Shown here in pieces: positions 1 through 11,342 of a stretch of DNA of 64,000 nt. Under the pieces are notes generated by a model that saw nothing but the letters and a program-made list of their open reading frames with translations, ran no database searches and was not told where the DNA came from. A program made the position numbers and the translations under genes. How positions within the stretch are numbered: the stretch's first letter is position 1; every line of letters begins with the position of its first letter. The DNA is from Protoeuglena noctilucae. Lineage: Eukaryota. Where the stretch lies: positions 1,302,001 through 1,366,000 of the forward strand of contig OY253668.1 in the NCBI GenBank assembly GCA_958009085.1, written 5' to 3'.

Positions 1-2
1 GC

Positions 3-519
3 GGGTTCGCGGCCGAGCTCGGGCCGGCCCTCATCGTCGTCATCGGCTCCAAGCTGAGCCTGCCCCTCTCGACCACCCATTGCGTCACGGGGTCCGTGGT
101 GGGCATCGGCATGACTGAGCGCAGCCGCGGCGTCAACTACTACGTGCTCCCCCGGATCATCGCGGGGTGGGTGCTCACGCTCGTGGTCGCGGGGGGGGGT
201 CTCGGCGGTGCTGTTCTCGCTGGGCTACTTCGCCCCCGGCGCGTTCGGCATCCGGGACCGCAACTTCTACCAGGCGCAGCTGCAGCAGTTCGCCGAAAGC
301 GTCGCGTCGGCTGTGGAGAGCACCGCGTCCCTGCGCACGTCGGCCCACTACGCCCCCACCTGGTCGGCCACGGCCACGAGCCTCAACCGTACCGCGCACG
401 CCCTGGCCAAGACCCAGGTCGTCAACCGGTTCGAGGAGGCGGGGATGCTCGAGACGGTGCTGGCCCTGCTGACGGACGAGCGGACGGGCGTGTTCCACAG
501 CTGCCGGCAGTGGGAGTAG
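3..519 (+). CDS. PiT/PHO4-family inorganic phosphate transporter, 3' part (truncated by the window edge; apparent +1 frameshift in the G9 run at 191-199)
   Basis: Frame 3 reads GFAAELGPALIVVIGSKLSLPLSTTHCVTGSVVGIG...IIAGWVLTL, the PHO4 C-terminal signature (P-x-STTH...W..T). It continues as VSAVLFSLGYFAP in frame 1 after the poly-G and stops at TAG 517-519. Confidence 0.88.
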
Positions 520-705
520 TAGTGGCAGGACTCGAACCCACCCAGGGCTTTGCATCTGGTGCCTGCAGCACAGCCGCTTTTGTCGAGCTCCCTGAAAGCT
601 CGCCAGCGCATTAGAGCTGCACCCTGTTTCAAGGATGGACGTTGACGAAGACTCTCTGTAAGCAGAGGCCGCATTGTTGCTAACTGAGCAGGGCACGGAC
701 CATCT

Positions 706-1686
706 GTGGCAGAACCTGCAGTCTCGGCGCGGACCCAAGCTGAGCGCCGGCTGGCAGAGATAGAGAAAAGCGTTCCCAATCATCAGGAGATTGCGCTTCG
801 GTCCCTCCAGGCGAGTGCTGCGCACTTGCTGTGCGTTGCTGGCCTGGACGAGGGCGGTCACGTGGAGATGCGCGACGCGGAGGTCGCCGATTGCAAGGAG
901 TCGGGCGTGTTCACTTACGGCGAGGGCAGCACGGTGCTCATTGTGGGGGGCGGCATCTCTAGGTCGAAGCAGTTTCACGACGTGGACTGCCAGCAGGGCG
1001 GGACGACGACGTTGCAGGAGGTCAAGATCGCCGACTGCCGGGAGACTGGCGTGATGAGCCGGGACCCGGGCAGTAAGGTGGTCTTGCAGGGCGGGAGCGT
1101 TTCCGAAGCGAAGGACTTCTATGGAGTGTGCTGCCAGGGTGGGGGGGGAGCCGAGGTGCGGGGGGCGAAGATCGCAAGGAGCAAGAAGTCCGGTGTGCTC
1201 AGCCGGGATGCAGGGAGCCAGGTGGTCGTGCAGGGCGGGAGCATCACGGACAGCGGGGAAGACGGAGTGCGCTGTGAGCTGGGCGGGCAGGCGGAGGTGC
1301 AGGGCGTGGCCATTGGCATGTGCCGCGAGGCAGGTATGCTCAGCCGGGACTTGGGGAGTAAGGTGGTGGTGCAGGGCGGGAGCATCACAGAGGTCCGGCA
1401 CCCCGGAGTGTGCTGTGAGCTGGGCGGGCAGGCGGACATTCAAGGCGTGGAGATCAACCCGGTCAAATCATCCGGGGTGTTCTGCAAGGGTCAAGGCAGC
1501 AAGGTCGTGGTGCAGGGGGGCAGCATTCGGAACGCTGGTCGTGGATGCTCCGTCGAGCAGGGCGGGCAGGCAGAGGTGCACGGCATGGTCATTGACAATT
1601 GCTATTTTTCCGCCTTTTACTGCTGGCGTGGCACGTTGTCACACAGTGGGTGCACCATTACGAACTGTAGTCTTTGCGCACGCTGA
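706..1686 (+). CDS. Right-handed parallel beta-helix (pectin-lyase-fold) repeat protein; start uncertain
   Basis: About 5-6 tandem 47-48 aa repeats (GV.SRD.GSKVVVQGGSI....GV.CE.GGQAEVQG..I). The repeats are visible in DNA as agccgggac...gtgcagggcgggagc at about 1057, 1201 and 1342. No introns in the repeat region. Confidence 0.75.
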   Translation: MAEPAVSARTQAERRLAEIEKSVPNHQEIALRSLQASAAHLLCVAGLDEGGHVEMRDAEVADCKESGVFTYGEGSTVLIVGGGISRSKQFHDVDCQQGGTTTLQEVKIADCRETGVMSRDPGSKVVLQGGSVSEAKDFYGVCCQGGGGAEVRGAKIARSKKSGVLSRDAGSQVVVQGGSITDSGEDGVRCELGGQAEVQGVAIGMCREAGMLSRDLGSKVVVQGGSITEVRHPGVCCELGGQADIQGVEINPVKSSGVFCKGQGSKVVVQGGSIRNAGRGCSVEQGGQAEVHGMVIDNCYFSAFYCWRGTLSHSGCTITNCSLCAR

Positions 1687-2063
1687 GAAGGTCTTAACTG
1701 TGTACTACGCTGGCAATTGATCTGACTTAGGGTTTTAAAAGGTGCCCCAGCTGCCCATAAGCGTTGCAAAACCAGGAGCTGCAACCTGAAGCTCCGTGAC
1801 GGCGGCTCCTGCTAGCGCCTGGAGGCGCGGCGAGGCCATCATGACCCAGCCCGCCGCAGCGGGTCCCGCGCCGGGCGCAGGGTCGGGTGGGGGCGGGAAG
1901 CAGGCAGGACAGCGGTCCCCATGTGAGCGGGCAGATGAAGATGTCGCAACTCCATCGCGTGGCTGCGGACCCGACCATCACGGCTCGCTGTGCGGGCGCC
2001 CAGTGCATGCGGGCGGGACTCTGCGGCCCCGATGGCCTGATTTCCGCCACATTCGGCCACCCA

Positions 2064-5000
2064 ATGCGTTTGAAATGATCATGTCTTGGTCATAACATGC
2101 AACTTCGGCCCTATCGCGCCTCTTGCGTCGCAGGTGTGTACGCGCAATTGCATGCTCCGACTGCGGTCGATATGGCCGCGAGCGCCTTCTTCACCACGCC
2201 CCAGCTGGAGCCAGGGCAGTTGGCGGACCTCATACTTGTCAGGGGAACGAAGGTGCGGAGCTCTCAGCCCCACGCGGTGCTTCCACGGAACGCAACGTGG
2301 GGCGTGCCGTCGGGGGCCGGCCCGCGCCGCCCTCGAAGAGCACGCGCGGCTCTGATGATGCCGATTGACGGAAAACGCTACATGCTCCAGTCACGCAAAC
2401 CTCATAGCGCGAGAACGCCCCCCGGCCGCCGCAGCTGGAGGTCTGCAGCATCGCCTTGTCTTCGGGGGACGATCCCGCGACGATGCTGCGGACGGTGGAC
2501 AGTTGGCAGCTGTGGGGCGTTCCCGAGTCCATCGCTGTTCTCAAGTCGCGCGTCATCGGGCAGCGCGACGCGGTGCTCCTGAGCTTTCGGGACGCCCGCG
2601 TGGCGACGATCACATGGAACACACACGCGCACACCATCCACACCTCGGCGCTCCACAGCTTCGAGAAAGGTGACGCGCATGCGCACGCAAGCGAGCAGGG
2701 GCGTCGCATCTCCCCGGCCCGCGCTGAGAGCCCGCCCTGACGCCTGCGACCGCAGATGGGGCCCTCTGTGGCGGCTTCCGCTCGCACCCGCGCCCCCCTC
2801 TCGTCTGCGCGGACCCGGACGGACGATGTGCCGCCCTCCTCGTCCGTCGCAACCGCCTCTGCGTCCTCCCAGCCGCCGACGCAGCCACCGCACGGGCCCT
2901 GGGGGCGGGGCCAGATCCCCTGGGGTCGCGTGCTGCCAGCATCTTCCTCCCAGCGGACGCTGCGGATGCGACGGATCGGCCGCTGAGCCTGGCTGCGCCC
3001 CTTGGGCCAACCAGCGCCCCGAGCCTGGAGGACTGGCCCTGGCGGGAGGGCCGCGACTTGGGGATGGAGTTGGGCATTTACTATGTTCGGGACGCCGTCT
3101 TCCTTCACGGCTACGCAGAGCCGCTGCTGCTGGTGAGTGACTCGCGGAGGGCCAGGGTGGGATGCGCGCAGCAGCTGGGCAGTCAGGTGCAGTCGCGTGA
3201 CGCATCAGCATCATGTCAAGTGAGCTCTGCCATGTGCGTTATGAGAGGACTCCAGGCCGGCGCCGCGGCGTCCCACGGTCCTTCCGATGCTGTCAAGCGC
3301 CCCATGCACGGGGTGCAAAGGGCACTCTGACGCATGGTGCTATGCGTTATGTGCATTCAGGTGTTGCACGAGGTCCCACCGACGGCCCCGGGCCTCCAGG
3401 CGCGGCGCAAGGACACGTGCGCGCTGAGCGGCATCAGCGTCGGCATCGACACGGGCAAGCTGGTCGTCGTGTGGAGTGCCCAGGGGGTGCCCTCAGGTGC
3501 ATAGAATTTCTTATTAGAATGCGATGCTTGTGACACATGCGCAGGCTCCACTGACACCGCGCGCCGCTTCAGATCTTGCAACAGAGCAAACTTGCGGTAT
3601 CTGCGTTTTCTGACCCTCCCCCAGATTCGTTCAAGCTGGTCCCGACACCCAAGGGGGGGGCGCTGGTCCTCACCAACCACGCCATCGTGCACTTTGCCCA
3701 GGGGCAGCAGCCCAGCGGGGTCACCGTCAGCGACCTCGCGCACGCTGGCAAGCCCCCGCCCCATGTCGAGAAGGGTGAGCCGTCTGCAAGCTGCGCTACA
3801 GGCGCTGTTGGTGGCATGCGGGTGCCGCTCGCACCGCTGCCTGCGCTGGTCGTTGCTACTGTCACGACGCGGCATGCGTGTTTGCAAAAGCGCACGCGAC
3901 GTCGCTCACGTGTTATCGGCATCCCTCACTCGCAGCCGTGGCCCCAGAGATTCAGTACCTGAGCGCCGGGGTGCTCGCCAGTGCGACGGCCACCGAGCTG
4001 GACGCCGCTGCCGAGTCCCGCATCGTGGCCGCGTGCCGACGCGCGCAGGGGATCGACGCGAGCCTGCACGGCTGCGGCGCGGCGTGGCTGGGCCCCACCG
4101 CCTGCGCGCTCGGACTGCGCGACGGCCGCCTGCTGACCGTCACCCTCGACCTGTCCGCGGGAGGCACCTGCACGGGCGTCCACATCCGGCACTGCCCGGG
4201 CCCGGCCGCCGCCCGGTGCCTGGTGGCGCTCCCCTGGCAGGCCGCACCGGACCCCGACGCCACCCCTGGGCTCGGGGCTGAAAACGCATCCGCGGCGCCT
4301 GCCAGCGGGCTGTGCTTCCTGGGCAGTCGCACGGGGGACTCGTTCCTGCTCAAGTACCGCCCCGCGGAGGAGGCGGGGGGCGAGGATGGCGACGGGGACG
4401 GCCAGGGCCGCACCAAGCGAGCGCGTGTGGATGGCGGGGGCGGCGCGGAAGACATGCCCGAGACGGAGGTGGTGGGCGGCGATCTGGACGTCGTGCGGAT
4501 GATCTGGGGCGACCAAGGCGAGGACTGGGGTGCGGGGAGCTCCTGTGTTGTACGCCTGTGTTGTGCCGCTGACACCAAGCAGTTGCACCAATCCCTGCCG
4601 TTCCTTCCATCGACACGACGCTCAGCGCAAGTCGACAAGAGTTCATGCCGGTAAGCGAGCGCGTGCTTCGGATGTCTGCAGGGGCGCCGGACCTGTCGGC
4701 GGGCGCGCGTGTGCGCCAGTCGGGCCTTGTACGCGCGTTTGCGTTTGAGGCGGTGGACCAGACCCAGGGCCTGGCCCCGATCCGAGACGCGGCGCTCGGC
4801 GATCAGGCGGAGACGAGGGTGGCGGGGGCGCGGGCGGACCAGAGGCTGCATCGCCCCAAGCAACTGGTGTGCTGCGTCGGGGACGGGAGGGCCAGTGGGG
4901 CGCTGGCCATCCTCCGGCAAAGCCTGTCCATGGACAGCGTGCTCGACATGCCGCTGACGGGGGTGACAGGTAGGGGGCATGGCATGGGCCTTTGCGCAGA

Positions 5001-8000
5001 GATGGATGCGCGTGGTACAGGCTGCATGTGGTGCAAGCAGCGAGCGCCTGTCTCTGCGTGTCCCTGCAGGCGTGTGGGCCATTCATCTCTCGGACGACAA
5101 GCTGAGCATGCCAGTGGACGCCCGCGCAGCGTTGCGTGGGTACGCTGAGGGCGATCACCCACCGACGTCCGTGGCTAGCGGGGCTGCGGAGGGCGAAGGG
5201 GCGGGCACGGGTGATGTGGAGATGCAAGAGGGCGGGCCGGGTGCAGAGACAGGGAAGGGTGCGGCGGGAGCAGTGCCGGGCGAGGGGGCTGTCACAGGAA
5301 AGCAGGGCAGAGCACAGGCCACCAGGGCCGTGATGTGGGAGGGCGGGGAGGGCGACGGGGGCGGTCCGGGTGCTGCCGAGCAGCTTCGCGTCGGTTGCGC
5401 CCCCGACCACCACGGCTTGCTCCTGGCTTCGACGTTCGGCGAGACGCGGGTGTTCCAGACGGGGACGAGGCTGCGGGAGGCCACGGAGGAGCTATCGGCG
5501 CAGCTGCCAGGCGAGTCGAATCTTGCTACTAAGAAGCAGCGAGGACGGCGTTGTGGGCAAGAGCGTCTCTACCTGTCCATCTGTCGCCATGCAAGCATCG
5601 CTGCGCTCTTGCCACCTCCACACAGGCTCGCTCCTCCTGGTTGCCTCCGTCTGCCAAGGCGACCTCGTCCTGGCAGCCCACCCGGGCGGGCTCATTCTCC
5701 TGGAGCCCTGCCGCAACGTGCTTCGGACAGTCGCGGAGGTCACCGTGGAGGACCTGGCGTCGCACGCGGCAGCAGACGGGGCAGGTGCGGAGCCATCACG
5801 ACCCGAGGCGTGTCCACAGCATGAGGCGTGCTCACGGCCCATGGCATGTGCATGCTGCCCTAACCTGCCCTGCGTCGACACGGCCGGCGCATTCAGCTGT
5901 CTCATTTCAGAACATCTTCAGTGCCCACGTGCATCCGTTTCCATGCATGGCAGGGGGCTTGAAGGAGGACGAGGATGTGGAGGTTTTGGCCGCGTCACAG
6001 GAGGGCAACTCTGTGGCGGCCGTGCTGTCGAATGGCGTCGCGTGCGTGGTGCATGCGGTGGCGGGGGCAGGGAGGGTCGGGGGGGCGCTGGTGGTAGACG
6101 TGTCGCCGGCCATGCGGGCCGTGCTGGGGAGGACGGGTGAGGGGCGGCAGGGAGCGGGGGGCGGGGTTACGGATGGGTGGGTGCATGAGGGATGCGAGGG
6201 ATTGCGACCGAGGGGCGCAGCTGCTGTGGTCCCTGTCTCGCGATGTCCCTCTTGCTCACATGCCCTTCCCTCGCAGTTGCCTCTGACTCCATGCATTCGT
6301 CCCTGTCACCCGCAGCTGACCATGTATCGGCTGCGTGCCTTTATGAGGACAGCACCGGGTGGCTGGCCCGGTGTCTGCGGGGGCCCCACCCGCGCGTCCG
6401 CATGCCCGAATACGAGGACGCATTCGAGAACATCTACGGCAAGGAAGGTGAGCGGTTGTGGGCATAGTCATATGTGGAATGAGGAGAGGGGCGGCTGGTG
6501 GTCTCGAGTGCCGCCCTTCTGAACTGCCCTGTGCGTGCGTGCGTGATGATGTGCGTCGTCTGTTGTCTTGGAGTGGACTTGGCGCGGAGTGGACGAGGTG
6601 CATCCGCGGTGTGGCACGATGGCCGACACCCCATGCGCCGTGCCCTGACCGTATCTGGCAGAGGAGGCGAAGGAGGATTCGAATCCCACGTGCGGGACGG
6701 TGCTGGTCGTGGCGCGGGAGTCGGGGGCGCTGGAGATGCTGGAAGTGACGGAGCAGACGCCCGCCCACGCATGGCTGCGCGACAAGACCGACCAGGCTGA
6801 CGGTAAGCAGCGCGCGGCATGGCACATGGCTGAGGGGAGACGGATGATGCGACTGCAAGCTTGCTCTGAAGGGTTGTAGAGACGCCGTGTCATGGCACGC
6901 GCCTCGGGACGCCCGCAGCCGTGCATCGTCGCATTGCGTGCTTGACAGGCTATGTCTAGAGGACTACATGTCAGCCCCGCTCTGTGCCGACGCAGGGACT
7001 GGTGCTCGCGTCCACTTCAGCGACCTGGGCACGGCCCTCCGCGACGTCCTGCTTTGCTCGTCAGTGGGGGACGGCCCCTGGGTCCTTGCACACGAGCAGG
7101 GGCAGAGCAGGGCCGTGGCTAAGCAGGCCGCGGAGGAGGAGGCCGCGGGTGCCGGGCCGCGCGGCGGGAGCGGGGCGGCGGACGGGCGGGCGCGGCACGT
7201 GGTGCAGGTCGTCATGGGGTCGTTTGGGCCGTGCGCGCGCCTGCACGTGGGCACATCGGCAGCCCGCGGAGGGAGCGGCCCGAGTGACGGCGCGGCTGCG
7301 AGACCGCCGGCGGGGCCGTGGCCGGGCGCATCTCCGACAACCAGCAGTGGGGCTGCTGCGGGTGCGGGTGTTGGTGGCGTCGGGCGCAGTCGGGGGACCC
7401 CCTCGGCCCCCTGGACGGAGATCCCTCGCAGCGACGCCCCGATCCTCGCGCTCGTCACGTCAGACGGGGCCGTGCAAGTGCTGCGCGCCTTCCACCCCTC
7501 CGGCACGCACGAACTTCGGTTCAGGCGGCTGCAAGTCCGGGTGCCCTGGCAGCGGCCGTGGGTCGCGGAGGGAGGGCAGCCCGCGCAGGTGACACGTGGC
7601 GTTCGTCTGTCACCTGCGTACTCATACTATGAGCACAAAGCCCTCGTCTTGCAAGAGCTGCCTCACACCGCGCATCAACACCTCATCCCACGCCGAGCTC
7701 CCAAGCCCCTTCGACCTTCCCCGCAGCTGCGTCGGTGTTTGGTGCGGTTCGACGACTTGGGCCCCTCGGAGGGCGCCTGCGGGTTTCTCGTGTGCGGCCC
7801 CGCTCCCTGCTGGGTCGTCGTGCATCGGGGAACGGCCCTCGTGCACCCGTGTGGGGCGGCCGGCGGGGGCGTCCTGTGCGCCACCCCGCTGCACATCCCC
7901 GACTGCGCCCACGGCGTGGTCCTGGGCATGGGGGAGGCGGGGGTCGTGCTGGGCGAGGTGCCAAGGGGGTTCCGGTGAGGGTTCTGAGCTTGCCAGAATA

Positions 8001-9823
8001 GGGAACTATACTGTCTCGGTCGGTGTGCGTGATCTACATGTGCATCGTTGCAAGCGCATCGTGTGCTCTGTCCCTTCGTTCGGCATGTAGCCGCTGCTAG
8101 CCAAATTGCACTCGCTCACCTTGCCGTCGCTCACGCTGTGCTAGCTCACACTGTGCTCGCTCACCCTGTGTGCCTTCCACCCCGCCCCCCGCAGGATCAC
8201 GTCGCCGTGGGTGAGCAAGAAGGTCATGCTGAGGAGCACGCCCCTGCGTGCCTGCTTCTACGCGCCTGCCCGCCTCTTCGCCATTGCTCTGGAGGACCGG
8301 GTGCCCTATGACCCCAACTCGGACACGCCCGTGGGTGTCAAGGGGGCGCGGTACAAGCCCCTGGAGAGGGCGGACGGCACCGACCCGGCCGCAGGCGAGT
8401 GGGCATGAGTTGGGTGCCAGGACTGCCGATGCGCTCTGCATGGCACCTGGCACCGGTGCGCCAGGCCGACCCTGCCGCCCCTCTTGCCGCCCGCAGCCGC
8501 CGCGTACGAGACTGCGGCCGCCGCCGCCCGCCGCGCCGGCGAGGTGTCCCTGCAGCGCGTGCGCCTGTTCGACCCCACCACGTGGGCGCCCCTGTGCCAG
8601 TTCAGCACCGCGCCGGGCGAGGCTGTGATGGCGCTGCGGGCCGTGGCGGTGAAGGCCACGGAGGGCGAGGGCCGCACGGACGCCTTCCTGGCCGTCGCCA
8701 CGGCCATGAGCCACGGGGAGGACTTCCCGGTCTACGGCAGGATTGTGCTGCTGTCGGTCCTGCGCAAGAAGAGCGTAACGGCGGAGGAGCAGACGCTCGG
8801 CAAAGTGTGGGAGGTGCCCGTGCAATTCAGGTGAGAGGGGCCTGGAGAGGAGTGTTTCATAGCTTTGGAACGTGCCGGTGCTTACGGCGGCTCTGCGGCG
8901 GCGTTTCATTCATTGCCCCTGGCCCCGCGCCTCCTGTCCTCCGCAGTCAGCAGTTCCTGGGTGCCGTGACCGATCTGGAGCAGATGGACGGGCGCATCGT
9001 GGCGGCCATCGGCCATCGCATCGAGGTGCTGGACTGGACGGGGCGCCGGCTGCAGGCCCGCCACAAATTCGACGGGCAGGACATGATCCCAGCGAGCCTC
9101 CGGGCCCGGGGGAAGCACCTGGCGGCCTCGGACTTCATCCACGGCGTGAGGCTCCTGCACGTGGTGCCCGAGAGGGTCGTGCAGGACCGACTGTTCCCCG
9201 AGTCCCTGGCGCAGGCCGGGCTGCACACGGGGTGCATGGTGCCGCACGCAATCGAGTTTCTGCCGGGGCCGGAGGACGCGGGCATCACCCTGGTGGCGTC
9301 GGACGCGCTGGGATGCCTGCACCTGTTCCGGCAGCCGCCCCAGGCCGCTGGGCTGTTCGCCCAGCGCATGCAGCACGTGGGGCGGTTCCACCTCGGCGCG
9401 GCCGTCGAGCGGCTCCTGTCCGTGCCCGTGCCGGCCACTACGGCCGCGCTCCACCCGGCCGCGCTGCTCTGCGCCGCGCTCGATGGCTCGGTCGGGGTGC
9501 TCTCGACGCTGTCGGCCCCAGCCGCCGACCTCCTCCGGGAGCTCCAGCGCGCGTCCACCCCGCGCATGGTGCACGCGGCGGGCCTGCACCCGTCCTCGCA
9601 CCGGGGCAGCGAGGGGCGGGGGCCCGCGCCCCCGACCCACGGCACGTTCACGGAAGCGCCCCCGCCCGCGCACGACTCGGTGGTGGACGGGGACCTGCTG
9701 GGCCGGTTCCTGTCTCTGCCGGCCTCGAGGCGCCTGGCCATCTGCGCGCGCGCGGGCGTCGATGCCCAGGAGGCCGTCTCATTGCTGGAAGAGATCCAGC
9801 GCGCCTGGTGGGCAATGCTCTGA
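2064..9823 (+). CDS. CPSF1: Cleavage and polyadenylation specificity factor subunit 1 (CPSF160), multi-exon
   Basis: Spliced exons give VYAQLHAPTAVD, LWGVPESIAVL..RDAVLLSFRDARVA..HTIHTSALHSFE, VRDAVFLHGYAEPLLLVLHE, CFLGSRTGDSFLLKY, GLAPIRD, AFLAVATAMSHGEDFPVYGRIVL, HVGRFHLG, AGLHPSSHR and VVDGDLLGRF, all colinear with CPSF160. TGA at 9821-9823. The start codon is inferred. Confidence 0.93.
8112..8172. repeat. Imperfect 15-bp tandem repeat (gctcacnctgtgctc, about 4 copies) inside a CPSF160 intron
   Basis: ctcgctcaccttgccgtcgctcacgctgtgctagctcacactgtgctcgctcaccctgtg is directly visible. Confidence 0.8.
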
Positions 9824-9977
9824 GAGGCCGCGGAGCGAATCACGGTGCTTCTACCAATCGAGATCATAGTGGGTGGCGTAAGAGTATATGCTGCATGGGT
9901 TTGGATTTCAAGGACGTCGTCTCCTAGATCGGTCGAGCGCAGCATGGAGTGTTGTTGGAGTGCGGCACGCGTCCACC

Positions 9978-10721
9978 CTACGTGCTGCTAGCCAGCCCGC
10001 GGGCGGAGGCTTCCCGGCGAGGGATGGCATCGAAGAGAGGGTCGCGCTGCTCTGCCTCGCACGCCTGCGGGAGTGGCACCCCGCCGTAAAGGACGCGGGA
10101 GACGAGCGTGGCCGGCAGGTCCTCCATCGCAGGCAGCGGCTCGCTCGAGGCAGCGGCCGAGGGGCGGTCGTGGGGCTCAGATGCAGCGGGGAGGCACGCG
10201 TACTGACTGGGCACGAGGGTGTGACGGTCCACTAGGTTGTTGATGGAGTCGGGGTCGTTGGCTGCAGGCGGGCAAAGCGTGGGGTAGCTGGTAGGCAGCC
10301 GGGGTCGGCAACAGACAGACGAATTGTAATTGAATGCTGCTGGAGACGATCTCATCACAGTATGTCGCGCTGCATGTCGACGCTGCCGGCGCACTCGCCT
10401 TGGAGGAAGTTGGCGGCGTGGTACCCAGCGAGGTAGACAATCATTCCTATCGACAGCCAGACGGGCACAGCGATGACCCAGTACCGAGATGGGTAGTACG
10501 TGATGCCCAGGGCGTCCAGGACGCTGCTCGGGACGCAAGCCCAGGCCACGTACAGGCCTGCGCACAAACCGTCGTCACAGCAGCAGCTCAAGGGGCGTCG
10601 GTGCAGCGGCGAGCACAGCATCAAAGCGGAAGTAACCACCGTACTCGCCTAAGACGGCAGAGCTGGAAATCCACCCCACGAAGCCGTACACTTCGAGCGA
10701 AGACACGCGGTCCTTCGCCAT
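9978..10721 (-). CDS. PIGP: GPI-GlcNAc transferase complex subunit PIG-P, 3 exons
   Basis: MAKDRVSSLEVYGFVGWISSSAVL|GLYVAWACVPSSVLDALGITYYPSRYWVIAVPVW...|..PLPAMEDLPATLVSRVLY matches the PIG-P motifs EVYGFV, LGITYYPSRYW and P..D.P...V...LY. Confidence 0.92.
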
Positions 10722-11342
10722 TCGTGCTTCCTAGGCGTTCTGAAATCTCCCAGACGTTTCTGACGCATTCACATGGACGGAATAAACATGCACACGCTGC
10801 GAAAGGGCGCCAAACCTTTTGGTAGGGGCACAGCGGTCGTGCGAGCCAGCAGCGTCCCTTGGCCTCCGCGTGGGGCGCGAGGGCGCCCCAATGCGCGGGG
10901 CAGGCGACACGAGGACGCGAACAGGGTCGTCAAACACGAGCGCAGCTGACAAGTGCGCGCAGATCCCAAAACCACGCTCTGACAAGGCGCCAGCGGCCCA
11001 GTTGAGGCCCTGGGACCAGCATCTCAGCACCAGTGCCTGCGAGCGGACCCATCCTTGCACCCGCGACTAAGCGCAGCAGTTCGCGCCGTCCACGCGCGTC
11101 GCTGAGGCAGAAGCGAGGGCAGGGGATCGAGAGCAGGAGAGGAACGGGCCACTGCATTCGCAAGTGCCTTAATTTGTACCGAGGATGCCCTGACGGGCGC
11201 GGGGGACAAGGTGAGGTCGCGGCCGCACCGAGCGCCGGTGTCGGTGGCCAGGCCATGCGGATCCGGGCTCAGCTGGGGCTCCGATGGGTGACGGGACTGA
11301 CACTGAAGGCAGTGGGAGTGCCTCCCCCGCAGGTACTTCACG

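Noticed and set aside
515..600. tRNA-like T-arm (GGGTTCGAGTCC) on the minus strand
   Set aside because: No matching acceptor stem, D-arm or anticodon arm could be folded, so it is a chance B-box-like match.
657..661. TGTAA chlorophyte polyadenylation signal downstream of PHO4
   Set aside because: Plausible, but it was not seen consistently behind the other genes I checked, so it cannot be supported without 3'-end data.
1040..1580. CRISPR-like regularly spaced repeats
   Set aside because: The repeats are in-frame coding units of a beta-helix protein with similar rather than unique spacers, in a eukaryotic context with no cas genes.
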